This document shows positions 9,081 to 17,963 of a stretch of DNA of 24,554 bases, one piece after another. The notes beneath the pieces are model-generated. The model had not been told where the DNA came from. It worked only from the letters and a program-made list of their open reading frames with translations, and made no database searches. This DNA comes from Candidatus Micrarchaeota archaeon (GTDB taxonomy: Archaea > Micrarchaeota > Micrarchaeia > Anstonellales > Anstonellaceae): the NCBI GenBank assembly GCA_043810635.1, contig JBDRNY010000058.1:1-24554 (forward strand), written 5' to 3'. The position numbers and the translations under genes are program-made. The stretch's first letter is position 1. Each line of letters begins with the position of its first letter.

Positions 9081-10679
9081 ATGATGGGAGAGGGAGTGAA
9101 AGTTGGCTGTTTGTTAATTTTTGCATTTGCAGCGCTAATGCTAATTTTAGGAATTTCATTTGCCCAGCCGTCCGGATTGGCAAGCACCTATACAGAAGGG
9201 TTTGTTATGCCAGGATGGTGGGGGCTGGTTATTGTTGGGCTGGGGGTGGCGGTTGCAATAATTTCACTTGCATATATGGCAGGGGAAGCGTTTAACCTTC
9301 CGAATGTAAAAGCGTTTGCAAAGCAGGAAGTGTATGAATTGGTTGCAAGCATAATTATTGTTGTAATAGTGCTTGCCTCGCTTGTTGGATATGGGATATT
9401 TGCAAAAAATGTTTCAGGCGCAACTCTTATGGAAAAAGATAATCAGTTGGAAAAAGATAATCAGTTTATATTGAAGGGTGCTTGCAGGGAAACTTCCCAT
9501 ATATATAATTTGCAGGATGATACAAGGCCGGAAAATTATCTTTTTGCAGATGCTGACTGGTTTTTGGGATGCTTTCCAATGACTGATAAAACAGATATGG
9601 TTTTGTTGGAAATGAGAAATACGGAATTTGACCCGGATAAGCAGAGTCCGTGGGGAAGGGGGATTGCATATGACCCTACAAACCCAAACGATAATTTGTG
9701 GGATGCGCAGGCAAAATTAAACACTGTAGGAGGGGTGCCGAGCATAAGCAAAGGGGTGATGATGGGGCATATGATGAATATTTACATAAGCTTGTTTGTT
9801 TTGGAATTTTTGCTCGGCCCTCTTTCAACATTCGGGGTAAATGCATATTTTGCAGAGCCGCTTGTAAGTAGCATTTCAATAAGCGTTTCCCCAAATGCAG
9901 GATTGACTCCGCTTTCCGAGGCAATGATTATGATTACAGATGTTGTTGGCGTGGGCTTGGTTGTTATTGTTGTGCAAAAAGTGCTGCTTCAATTTATACA
10001 CCAAAATGCGCTGGCAGTATTTTTGCCGGTTGGAATAGGCTTTCGGGCGGTGCCTTTTTTGAGGAAGACAGGGGCGACTATTATTGCGCTTTCGCTTGTA
10101 ATGTATTTTATATTCCCGACGACAATTTGGATAAACAAGCAGATATATTTTGGGGCGCTTTGGGGCTTTGATGAAGAGGGGGAGAGCAAGCCTGAAATGA
10201 TTGAATGGACAAATTATCATTCAATGCTTGAAATGTGCACTCCTGAAGCCGGGGAAACCCAGGCGGATTTGGAAAAAAGGGTGAGGGAGAAATTGGCAAC
10301 CCCTTATTATAAAGAAAGCACTGCATTTGAAGAAAAAATTAGTGAAGGGTTTTTCTGGGAAATTGAAGATGATACCCAGTATATATTGAATGAAAGGCTG
10401 CCTGCAAGCCATCAAAAGAAAATATTGGAAGGGGCGGGAGGGGATGTTGGGCTGGTTGTTGAATATATTTGGCACTGGGCATATCTTTTCGGGCCTGTGC
10501 TGCCCACAGAGCAGTTTTTTGAAGCTATTGTGGATGAATTTACAACAAGCATGCAATGGTTTGTCTTGAATTTGCTTTTTCTTGTAAATACAATTATCAT
10601 ATCCGTTACAATGTTTAGGGATATTAGCCTGGCAATGGGCGGAGAGCCGAGGATATTTGGGATGAGCAGATTGATATAG
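9081..10679 (+). CDS. Polytopic membrane protein, paralog 1 of 6 (CedA/VirB6-like)
   Basis: 532 aa. Signal peptide, TM hairpin with KAFAKQEVYELVAS, large acidic loops, core LPVGIGFRAVPFLRKTGATIIALSLVMYFIFP, C-terminus RDISLAMGGEPRIFGMSRLI. The CDS is certain; the family assignment is inference. Confidence 0.75.
   Translation: MMGEGVKVGCLLIFAFAALMLILGISFAQPSGLASTYTEGFVMPGWWGLVIVGLGVAVAIISLAYMAGEAFNLPNVKAFAKQEVYELVASIIIVVIVLASLVGYGIFAKNVSGATLMEKDNQLEKDNQFILKGACRETSHIYNLQDDTRPENYLFADADWFLGCFPMTDKTDMVLLEMRNTEFDPDKQSPWGRGIAYDPTNPNDNLWDAQAKLNTVGGVPSISKGVMMGHMMNIYISLFVLEFLLGPLSTFGVNAYFAEPLVSSISISVSPNAGLTPLSEAMIMITDVVGVGLVVIVVQKVLLQFIHQNALAVFLPVGIGFRAVPFLRKTGATIIALSLVMYFIFPTTIWINKQIYFGALWGFDEEGESKPEMIEWTNYHSMLEMCTPEAGETQADLEKRVREKLATPYYKESTAFEEKISEGFFWEIEDDTQYILNERLPASHQKKILEGAGGDVGLVVEYIWHWAYLFGPVLPTEQFFEAIVDEFTTSMQWFVLNLLFLVNTIIISVTMFRDISLAMGGEPRIFGMSRLI
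9430..9465 (+). repeat. Exact 18-bp in-frame tandem duplication (EKDNQL/EKDNQF)
   Basis: TGGAAAAAGATAATCAGT at 9430-9447 and 9448-9465. Confidence 0.9.
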
Positions 10680-10804
10680 CGTGAAAGTATGGACGGGGGA
10701 AATGAAATATTGGAATGAAAGAAAAATGGCGGATATGCGGGAAAAAATTGTGAAAATGGAAGAAAAGAAAAACAAAATATGCGGGAAATATTGGCGAAAA
10801 AAAT

Positions 10805-11905
10805 TTGGAAATGATGGGGAAGAAAATGAGCGAAAGAAAATTTGAATATTGGAAGAAAATTGCGATTGTGCTTGCAACGGTTATTCTTCTTGCTGCATTA
10901 AATTATTCCCAAAATCCTACAATTCCCATAGGGGAGAATGAAGGAGGAGATTTGTTTCAGGGGGAGGGGGCGGGCTATGGGCCGCTGATTAATATGATAG
11001 CTATTTCAATTGCAATACTTGTTTTCATTTCTTCCTTAGTGTATATGGCTTCGCAGGTGTTTAAAAATCCTGAATGGGAAGCGTTTGCAAAAACTGAATT
11101 ATACCAGGCATTGGTGAGCGTGCTATGGGGGGTGTTTATTTTTGCGGGAGCTATTGCTGTTGACGGGATGATAACCCAATACACTTCAAATCTGCCGACA
11201 GGGTATGGCGGGGGAAATATGTTTGATATTGACCATGCATATTTGCAAAGGATTATTTGCGTTTCAACCGCAACAACAGTAAAAATAGAGGGGATGAAAA
11301 CTATTGCGCAATATATGGCTGGAATGAAAAGCAGGTTTTATGCGGCGCAATACGGGTGGGGGATGAGCTTTCCGACATTTCCCGGGTTTGATGTTATTGA
11401 AAGGGCGCTTGATTTGATTTTGATGTTTATTTCTCCGTTTACTGCAAGCCTGATTGTGCAATCATTAGGGCTTCAGATAATACATGCGACAGCCCTTACT
11501 CTTGTGCTTCCTGCAGGAATATTGATGAGAATATTTCCGCCTACGCGGGATGCGGGCTCGTTTTTGATGGCAAGCGCTATTGCGTTTTATTTCATATTTC
11601 CTTTTGTTTATCTTATCAATGCGCATGTAATGTACCAAATGTATTCTGATGAATTTGGATATGAGATGTGCAGCGGAAGGGAGCAGGAAACAGCCGGGGG
11701 AATTTACAAAATGGACAGCTTTTATGACAGCCTGTCTGCGCAAATGCTTCCCAGCATGACTGAAGATGTAGTGGGCACGGGGGGATTTACCAAGCATTTG
11801 TCATATATCGCATTTCAGGCGGTTTTTCTGCCTGCGATGACAATGATAATGGTTGTTACGTTTGTGAAAAGCGCGATGAAATTCTTTTCGCAAAAAATGG
11901 AATGA
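10805..11905 (+). CDS. Polytopic membrane protein, paralog 2 of 6 (CedA/VirB6-like)
   Basis: 366 aa (true start may be ATG 10811-10826). Motifs EAFAKTELYQALVS and LPAGILMRIFPPTRDAGSFLMASAIAFYFIFP; final TM VFLPAMTMIMVVTFVK. Confidence 0.75.
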   Translation: MEMMGKKMSERKFEYWKKIAIVLATVILLAALNYSQNPTIPIGENEGGDLFQGEGAGYGPLINMIAISIAILVFISSLVYMASQVFKNPEWEAFAKTELYQALVSVLWGVFIFAGAIAVDGMITQYTSNLPTGYGGGNMFDIDHAYLQRIICVSTATTVKIEGMKTIAQYMAGMKSRFYAAQYGWGMSFPTFPGFDVIERALDLILMFISPFTASLIVQSLGLQIIHATALTLVLPAGILMRIFPPTRDAGSFLMASAIAFYFIFPFVYLINAHVMYQMYSDEFGYEMCSGREQETAGGIYKMDSFYDSLSAQMLPSMTEDVVGTGGFTKHLSYIAFQAVFLPAMTMIMVVTFVKSAMKFFSQKME

Positions 11906-13543
11906 GTGAATTTGATGCAAGAGCATAACAAATTGAAAAATATTTTGCCTGTGCGGGCAATTGCATTAGTGCTAGTAATTGCGCTTGTATTTTTATCCGG
12001 TTGTTTGGGAGGAATTGCGCCGGGAGAGGGGCAGGAAAGCATTTGGACTAAATTTAATGAATGGTTTGGGCCTTGGATGAGCCCCATGGCTGCGGCATTT
12101 GGAATAGGGATTGCAATAGTTGTGTTTGCCTGGATGTATGCAAGCTTTATGATGGATGAAAAAATTAAGGCATGGGCAAAATCCGAAGCAGTGCAATTAG
12201 GGTATTCTGCTGTAATTTTGATGGCAGTTATAACTCTGATTATATCCATGACACATATTACTGCAACAATTCCTGCATACACCCCGCTTGCAGGGAATAT
12301 GGGAAATGAGTGGAGCCAGTATGTAAATTTGAGGTGTGCGGTTGATGTGGAGCCGTCAAGGCCGTGCCATATAAGGGTGGCTGAAGATTATTTGGAAATT
12401 TTGGCAAAAAGCACGCAGGGGCAGGCATTGTCTGTTGTAAGGTATGAGGCATTTTTATATCAAATTTCAAGCATTGGATTGGATTTCAGGGGGATAGCCG
12501 CGCCGGGAGGGGATTTGACTCTAACCCCGTTTGCAGGGCTGACGCCTGTTGTGGAAACATTAAGCTTTGCATTTGACTTGCTTATGAAAAATTTGATGGC
12601 AATAAGGGCTCAGCAGTTTATTCTGGATTTTTTACATCTGGCATTTTTCCCGTTCTTTTTGTGCGCAGGAATATTTTTCAGGACATTTTACTTTACAAGA
12701 AGGCTTGGGGGGCTGCTTATTGCAATTGCATTAAGCTTTTACCTCATATTGCCTTTGATGTATGTATTTTGGAATGCAGTGCTTTTTGCATTTACAAGCC
12801 CGTGGCTTGAGCCTTCGGCAGACAAGGCGAATTTGACAGAAATAGGCACAAATATGATGAGGGTGGATGTAAGTTACTCAAATGTGAATGTGGGATTGGT
12901 GCAGCCGAATAAAGGCGTGCTGGGATATAGTAAAAATTGCGCTAATGGAATAATTGAAGAAGAGGAGGAATGCAATGAATTGGATGATACGCCCCAAGGG
13001 ACGAAGTATGGGCCTCCGCACCAGGGGTCTTTTACCTGCCCGCCTAAAGATGATTTTGGAAATGTAATTCCTGACAGGGAAGAAGATATTTATTGTGATA
13101 CTAATGCATGCAAATGCACAAGCAATTTGTTTGCAGGGTTGTCCGGAAGCTTTAGGGATGATTTTCTTAAAGGAAAAACAAATGATGCAAGAATTGACGA
13201 GGCGGCAGAGCTTACTGCAAGGATGTGCTTTGAAATGCAAAATGAAAGGCAGGAGAAAGATTGGGAAAATTATGTGCTTGATGATGATGAATTTATGACA
13301 TATGCAAAAAAAGTATGGTGGCAGAAATTATTGCAGGGGTATGGAGGGGGAATTGCAAGGTCAATTCCGGGAAATCCTTACTTGTTTGGGGCAAACGGAA
13401 CAATTGACAATATTGCAAAATTGTTTGTATTCAGCCTTGTTTCTCCGTTTATTTCGCTTATGGTTGCATTGTCTTCAGTGAAAATAATGTCCCCAACGCT
13501 TGGGGGAGATGTGGAAATTGCGGGATTGACGAGATTGATTTGA
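11906..13543 (+). CDS. Polytopic membrane protein, paralog 3 of 6 (CedA/VirB6-like), with lipobox-like N-terminus and Cys-rich extracellular insert
   Basis: 545 aa (GTG 11906 or ATG 11915). LVFLSGC; KAWAKSEAVQLGYS; LCAGIFFRTFYFTRRLGGLLIAIALSFYLILP; CANGIIEEEEECNE...CPP...CDTNACKC; C-terminus LGGDVEIAGLTRLI. Confidence 0.75.
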   Translation: MNLMQEHNKLKNILPVRAIALVLVIALVFLSGCLGGIAPGEGQESIWTKFNEWFGPWMSPMAAAFGIGIAIVVFAWMYASFMMDEKIKAWAKSEAVQLGYSAVILMAVITLIISMTHITATIPAYTPLAGNMGNEWSQYVNLRCAVDVEPSRPCHIRVAEDYLEILAKSTQGQALSVVRYEAFLYQISSIGLDFRGIAAPGGDLTLTPFAGLTPVVETLSFAFDLLMKNLMAIRAQQFILDFLHLAFFPFFLCAGIFFRTFYFTRRLGGLLIAIALSFYLILPLMYVFWNAVLFAFTSPWLEPSADKANLTEIGTNMMRVDVSYSNVNVGLVQPNKGVLGYSKNCANGIIEEEEECNELDDTPQGTKYGPPHQGSFTCPPKDDFGNVIPDREEDIYCDTNACKCTSNLFAGLSGSFRDDFLKGKTNDARIDEAAELTARMCFEMQNERQEKDWENYVLDDDEFMTYAKKVWWQKLLQGYGGGIARSIPGNPYLFGANGTIDNIAKLFVFSLVSPFISLMVALSSVKIMSPTLGGDVEIAGLTRLI

Positions 13544-14880
13544 TGGATGAAATAAATAAAATTAAAAATAAAATGGGAAATTCGGATTTCGGCAATGGAA
13601 AAAAGGTCGGAAATTTTGAAATTAAAAATAAAATTGGAGATATGGTTGCGGGGATTGGGAAAAAGGCAGGCAATAAATTATTGTTTGCAGGAATTGCATT
13701 AATCTTAATTTTGTTTGCAGGAATGGGGCATGCAGACATATTTGGATGGCTTATACCAGATATTGCAATGCCTGAATTTTGGCAAGCAGACAACCAGGGA
13801 ATTGTTGTTGAGCCGGATTATGGATGGATAGTGACTTCATTGCTTGGAATGCTTTGCTTTGCCATGTTTGGAACTGTTGGATATATGATGGGGGAATTTT
13901 TAGGCGCGAAGGTAAAGGCATGGTGCAAGCAGCTTTTGATGAATGTTGTAAAATGCGCGATAGTGCTTGTAATTGTTTCAGGCGCGTTTGTTTTTGTAAA
14001 TGAAGCGCCTGACAGCTTGGTGGGGGTAGGGTTTTTCCAGATTGACAATGCAATTAATTTTGCAGAAACTGTGAGAAATACTATTATTTATGAATTTATT
14101 ACGCTCACAACAATAACCGCAATACTTTCTTCAATAGGAAATATTACCCCGTATTTAAGGCCTGCGGGCATGATTGGAATTTCATTTTCGCTTGCTCCCG
14201 CATTCAGGCCTATTTTTGATTCGCTTGGAATAATGCTTTCCTCTTTGGCTGTTGCAATCGGGGCATGGTATTTGCAAATATGGGTGCTTGTATTTACCCA
14301 GACAAAATTATTCGGAATATTTGTACCCATAGGCCTGTTTTTGAGGTCTTTTGGGATGGACAGGCCGGGAAATGCATTGCTTGCAATTGCAATTGGATTT
14401 TATTTTGTATTTCCTTTTGTATTAAATTTGAATGCAATAGCCCTTGAAAATTATCTTGCGGCGCAATATATGGGAGGGGAGATATACCAGACAGGGGATA
14501 ATCAGCTGTATGGCAGGGGGGAGTATGGGGCATGTATGGACCATACAAATGCGCAGGGGCAGAGTATTGCATGCTTTTTCCGGCTTGCGCTTGTTGGGCC
14601 GCTTAGATATATTACAACTTATATAACAGATTTTGGATATGAAGGGCTTGTGCTGTTTGGATTGCTTCAATTGCTTACAGGCTCGCTCGCATCATCGCTG
14701 GTATTCGGCTTTTTGGCTGTATTTATGAGCGTGTTGCTTGCAACAACAGTGTATTATGTGCTGATAGTTTCCATATTGATGCCATTATTCAATATGTTCA
14801 TTACATTGACAGTAATCAAGGAATTGACGAAATTCCTTGGAACAGAAATAGATTTGTCGGCATTTGAGAAAATATTCTAG
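13540..14880 (+). CDS. Polytopic membrane protein, paralog 4 of 6 (CedA/VirB6-like)
   Basis: 446 aa, overlapping the paralog 3 stop. KAWCKQLLMNVVKC; VPIGLFLRSFGMDRPGNALLAIAIGFYFVFP; C-terminus KELTKFLGTEIDLSAFEKIF. Confidence 0.75.
   Translation: MMDEINKIKNKMGNSDFGNGKKVGNFEIKNKIGDMVAGIGKKAGNKLLFAGIALILILFAGMGHADIFGWLIPDIAMPEFWQADNQGIVVEPDYGWIVTSLLGMLCFAMFGTVGYMMGEFLGAKVKAWCKQLLMNVVKCAIVLVIVSGAFVFVNEAPDSLVGVGFFQIDNAINFAETVRNTIIYEFITLTTITAILSSIGNITPYLRPAGMIGISFSLAPAFRPIFDSLGIMLSSLAVAIGAWYLQIWVLVFTQTKLFGIFVPIGLFLRSFGMDRPGNALLAIAIGFYFVFPFVLNLNAIALENYLAAQYMGGEIYQTGDNQLYGRGEYGACMDHTNAQGQSIACFFRLALVGPLRYITTYITDFGYEGLVLFGLLQLLTGSLASSLVFGFLAVFMSVLLATTVYYVLIVSILMPLFNMFITLTVIKELTKFLGTEIDLSAFEKIF
13561..13680 (+). 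repeat. Degenerate 60-bp (20-aa) tandem duplication in the paralog 4 N-terminus
   Basis: ATTAAAAATAAAAT starts at both 13561 and 13621; the peptides are IKNKMGNSDFGNGKKVGNFE and IKNKIGDMVAGIGKKAGNKL. Confidence 0.75.
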
Positions 14881-15073
14881 ATGATGCTTATGAAAAATTC
14901 AAATCATTTTCATTTTTCCGGGAGCCGGGATTTGCCAGAGTATGGTTTGGATGATGCTTATGAAAAAAACGAGCGGATTGGAAGAAATTATGTAGGTAGT
15001 GTTTATGGGAAAAGATAGAATGGATTTGGAAAAGATACGGGGATTGGAAAAAAGTATGTAGGTATTGATTATG
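14880..15073 (+). repeat. Intergenic direct repeats between paralogs 4 and 5
   Basis: Exact 18-mer GATGATGCTTATGAAAAA at 14880 and 14950. A 33-mer GGATTGGAA...GTAGGTA..ATG at 14975 and 15041 (29/33 identical), the second copy ending in the ATG at 15071. Confidence 0.8.
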
Positions 15074-16291
15074 TCGGAAATGCTGAATATACCGGCCTAT
15101 TGCAGGAGTTTGGATACAATGCTTACTCCGACAGAATTTGCAAATGTGCTTGGCGGAAATTGGATGAGTTTGGTGTTTACTGCCATATTGGCAATGATAT
15201 TCTTTTTGGTGCTTGCATTTTTTGCATCAAGATTTTTCAGGATTCCGAAATTGGAAGCATGGTCAAGGTTTGAATTGTTCCAGATGGCTGCAAATGCGGT
15301 TTTGATTATAATGCTGGCAGGATGGATGTATGGGATGTGCTCTTTTGATGTTGCATTTTTATATAATTGGGCAGAAGGGGGAGATGCGAGCGCAAGGATT
15401 TTGGAAATAAATGAAGATTGTTTTGAAATGTATGAGTATGCCGGAGGGGATAAGGTTACTCCTTTTTGCGCATCGCAAAGCTATTTGAAAAGGGTGAAAG
15501 CAAGGGGGGATGATGTATACCAAGTAATGGTGGGAGTGGGGTATATACTTTCATATATGTTTAAGCTGACATGGAATTCCCACCCTATAGGAATAGGATA
15601 TTCTCTTGAGCCGCTGGCAGGGTTTCAGCAAATAATGAATATATATTTGGTTGCTGTGAGCGGATTTATTTTGTCTTATTTGAGCGTGCTTGTGCAGATG
15701 AGAATATTGGATTTTTTCATGATTTCAATGCCATATTATTTTATTCCCCTTGGATTGCTGTTGAGGTGTTTTGAACCTACCAGGGAATTCGGAGGGTCGG
15801 TGCTGGGCTTTGGATTTGCTTCCCTGTTATTTTTCCCGCTGATAATTATGATGAATGATTTTATTGTATATTCTTCATTTGAAGAGGCGACTAAAAAAGC
15901 GCATGAATTAAGAGATGAATTTAATGCTGATAATATGGGGAGGATAAATGCTCCCGATGATGCGCAAGGGTTTAGTGATGAATTTAATAATTATGAGCCG
16001 GGAGCAAATGATGCGGGAATGCTGGAGAGAAAGGAGCCGGATGAATCAGTGGAAAATGCTGCAAAATTTTTCACCGAAGCTGACCCTGATGACAAGCAGC
16101 AAATTGTTTCGGGGGAAACATATAAAATAGGGCAAACAATATTTTTCCCATATCAGGTTCTTTTAGTATATGTGGTTGCGGCAGTGGTGCTGCCGATTAT
16201 TAATCTCATGATATATATTGAGGTTGCAAGGCAGTTGACGCATTTCCTGGGCACCCAGATGGATTTGACAAATTTAACAAGGATGATATAA
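15065..16291 (+). CDS. Polytopic membrane protein, paralog 5 of 6 (CedA/VirB6-like)
   Basis: 408 aa (likely start ATG 15071). EAWSRFELFQMAAN; IPLGLLLRCFEPTREFGGSVLGFGFASLLFFP; C-terminus RQLTHFLGTQMDLTNLTRMI. Confidence 0.75.
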   Translation: MIMSEMLNIPAYCRSLDTMLTPTEFANVLGGNWMSLVFTAILAMIFFLVLAFFASRFFRIPKLEAWSRFELFQMAANAVLIIMLAGWMYGMCSFDVAFLYNWAEGGDASARILEINEDCFEMYEYAGGDKVTPFCASQSYLKRVKARGDDVYQVMVGVGYILSYMFKLTWNSHPIGIGYSLEPLAGFQQIMNIYLVAVSGFILSYLSVLVQMRILDFFMISMPYYFIPLGLLLRCFEPTREFGGSVLGFGFASLLFFPLIIMMNDFIVYSSFEEATKKAHELRDEFNADNMGRINAPDDAQGFSDEFNNYEPGANDAGMLERKEPDESVENAAKFFTEADPDDKQQIVSGETYKIGQTIFFPYQVLLVYVVAAVVLPIINLMIYIEVARQLTHFLGTQMDLTNLTRMI

Positions 16292-17362
16292 ATGAGTTCG
16301 GCATTATTTGACCCAATATCTGCGGTTGGCACGCCGCTTTTGAGCGAAGGGTATGCAGGCGCATATGGTGCAATATATACAGGGCTTATTCCAAGCATTG
16401 CAATTATTGGAATGATTTCATTGTTTATTGTTGTTTTGCTTCATATGATTGGGCATGCATTTAATATTGCCTCTTTGCGCACATGGGCAAAAGGGGAATA
16501 TTTGCAGGTAATTATTACTTTTCTTCTTATTGCCGCAATGCTGGCAACGCTGAATATTGTATGGGAGATAATGGGCAGTGTGGTTTCAGAATTGTTTTGG
16601 TCAAATGAAAATTTGAGCATGAAATATATTGAGAAAGGGTTTACTCCTGACAATTCCCTTATAGACCCGTTCAGGTTTACGCAGTCATTTTTGAAGCAAA
16701 CTATGATTGACTGCGAGCAGACTGTTTATTGGGTGCTGTATACTATTAATTTCTTTTTTAGGTTGACCGGCTCAATGGGAGTGTCTACAATGGGATTGGA
16801 GCCGCTGGGGGCGTGGTATGCAACTTTGTATACAAGCTCGCTCGAATATATTATGGGGCATTTGAATTTTCTTGTGCTGCTGCATTGGATTCAGATAAGA
16901 TTGCTTTCTATAATGAAATATGTCGGGCCTGTGCTTATACAAATGGGCTTGTTGCTGAGGGTGTTTCCAATGAGCAGGGGTGCGGGAGGATTGCTTCTTG
17001 CCGCAGGTTTTGGATTTTTTGCAGTATATCCTATGTCGCTTGCATTGCTGGTTACTTTGCAGCCGCCGGGCGCGTCATTTTGCACAGAATTTGAACCTCC
17101 TGTTTATATGAATATTGAAAATATGGAAGAAGGGCCTGATGCCGGAATGTTTGCGCTTGCATATTATTCCACTGTTGCGCATGAAAATGAAGTGGTGGAT
17201 TTGATTGAAAAAGCGAAAAATTTCCTGCCGCTGTTTTATATGCAGGCGGCGTTTTTCCCCATGGTTGCTCTTATAATTACATTTACATTCATCAGGCAGA
17301 CAGGGGCATTGTTCGGGGCTGATTTGAGCGAGATTGGAAGAGGCTTGGTTAAGCTGATATAA
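16292..17362 (+). CDS. Polytopic membrane protein, paralog 6 of 6 (CedA/VirB6-like)
   Basis: 356 aa, abutting the paralog 5 stop. RTWAKGEYLQVIIT; IQMGLLLRVFPMSRGAGGLLLAAGFGFFAVYP; C-terminus RQTGALFGADLSEIGRGLVKLI. Confidence 0.75.
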   Translation: MSSALFDPISAVGTPLLSEGYAGAYGAIYTGLIPSIAIIGMISLFIVVLLHMIGHAFNIASLRTWAKGEYLQVIITFLLIAAMLATLNIVWEIMGSVVSELFWSNENLSMKYIEKGFTPDNSLIDPFRFTQSFLKQTMIDCEQTVYWVLYTINFFFRLTGSMGVSTMGLEPLGAWYATLYTSSLEYIMGHLNFLVLLHWIQIRLLSIMKYVGPVLIQMGLLLRVFPMSRGAGGLLLAAGFGFFAVYPMSLALLVTLQPPGASFCTEFEPPVYMNIENMEEGPDAGMFALAYYSTVAHENEVVDLIEKAKNFLPLFYMQAAFFPMVALIITFTFIRQTGALFGADLSEIGRGLVKLI

Positions 17363-17928
17363 TGAAATTTGCATTTGATTTTAAAAGTTTTGGTGCGGGT
17401 TTTGTTATTTGCATTATTCTCTTAATTTTATTTGTAAATATATTTAATTTTGGAAATGCGGGAGAGGGGTATATTGGAGCGGGAAATGGGTGTGTGGAAG
17501 CTGATGCTGTTTTTTCCCCGAATGCTGATGATGAAATAATTGAAATGATAAGGGGGGCGGAGGATAGCATTGATATTGAAATGTATGTTTTTACAAACGA
17601 GGAAATTGCAAGGGAATTGGTGGATGCTGCTGACAGGGGGGTGAGGGTGAGAGTAATACTTGAGAGCAGGGTGAATGCATATAATTTGGAGGAAATTTCA
17701 AATGCACTTAGGGATGGAGGGGTGCAGTTAAGGTGGGCAAGTTTTGATTTTAAATTAACCCATTCCAAAATGATGATTGTGGATGAAAAAAGAGTGTTGG
17801 TGGGGTCTATTAATTTTTCAAAAAGCGCTGTTGGCAAGAATAGGGAAGTTGGAGTGGTGATGGAAGGGGAAATTGTTGAAGAGTATGCTTCTGTTTTTGA
17901 AGAGGATCGGGAAAAGGCAACTTACTAA
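17362..17928 (+). CDS. Membrane-anchored single-HKD phospholipase D-family protein (Nuc/Zucchini-like nuclease)
   Basis: 188 aa. N-terminal TM helix; IRGAEDSIDIEMYVFT; AADRGVRVRVILE; HxKxxxxD motif HSKMMIVD (17761-17784) followed by GSINFS..A..NRE. TAATG overlap with paralog 6. Confidence 0.9.
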   Translation: MKFAFDFKSFGAGFVICIILLILFVNIFNFGNAGEGYIGAGNGCVEADAVFSPNADDEIIEMIRGAEDSIDIEMYVFTNEEIARELVDAADRGVRVRVILESRVNAYNLEEISNALRDGGVQLRWASFDFKLTHSKMMIVDEKRVLVGSINFSKSAVGKNREVGVVMEGEIVEEYASVFEEDREKATY

Positions 17929-17934
17929 TCATCC

Positions 17935-17942
17935 TTTATAAA
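17935..17942 (+). promoter_or_regulatory. Probable TATA box for the vWA gene
   Basis: TTTATAAA 22-29 nt upstream of ATG 17964. Confidence 0.5.
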
Positions 17943-17963
17943 ATTACTACCGCTTGTTTTACC

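Noticed and set aside
8933..9187. 84-aa minus-strand ORF across the divergent promoter
   Set aside because: Antisense to the paralog 1 signal peptide and covers both promoters; no family features.
10221..10877. 218-aa minus-strand ORF
   Set aside because: Antisense to paralogs 1 and 2; its Phe/Ser/Ile-rich composition reflects the purine-rich + strand.
14881..15018. 45-aa ORF between paralogs 4 and 5, considered as a possible pilin
   Set aside because: Hydrophilic, has no TM hairpin and is built from local direct repeats; not VirB2/CedA1-like.
14880..15073. Direct repeats considered as a mini-CRISPR or att sites
   Set aside because: Only two copies of each of two different units, no regular repeat-spacer period, and no cas or integrase genes nearby.
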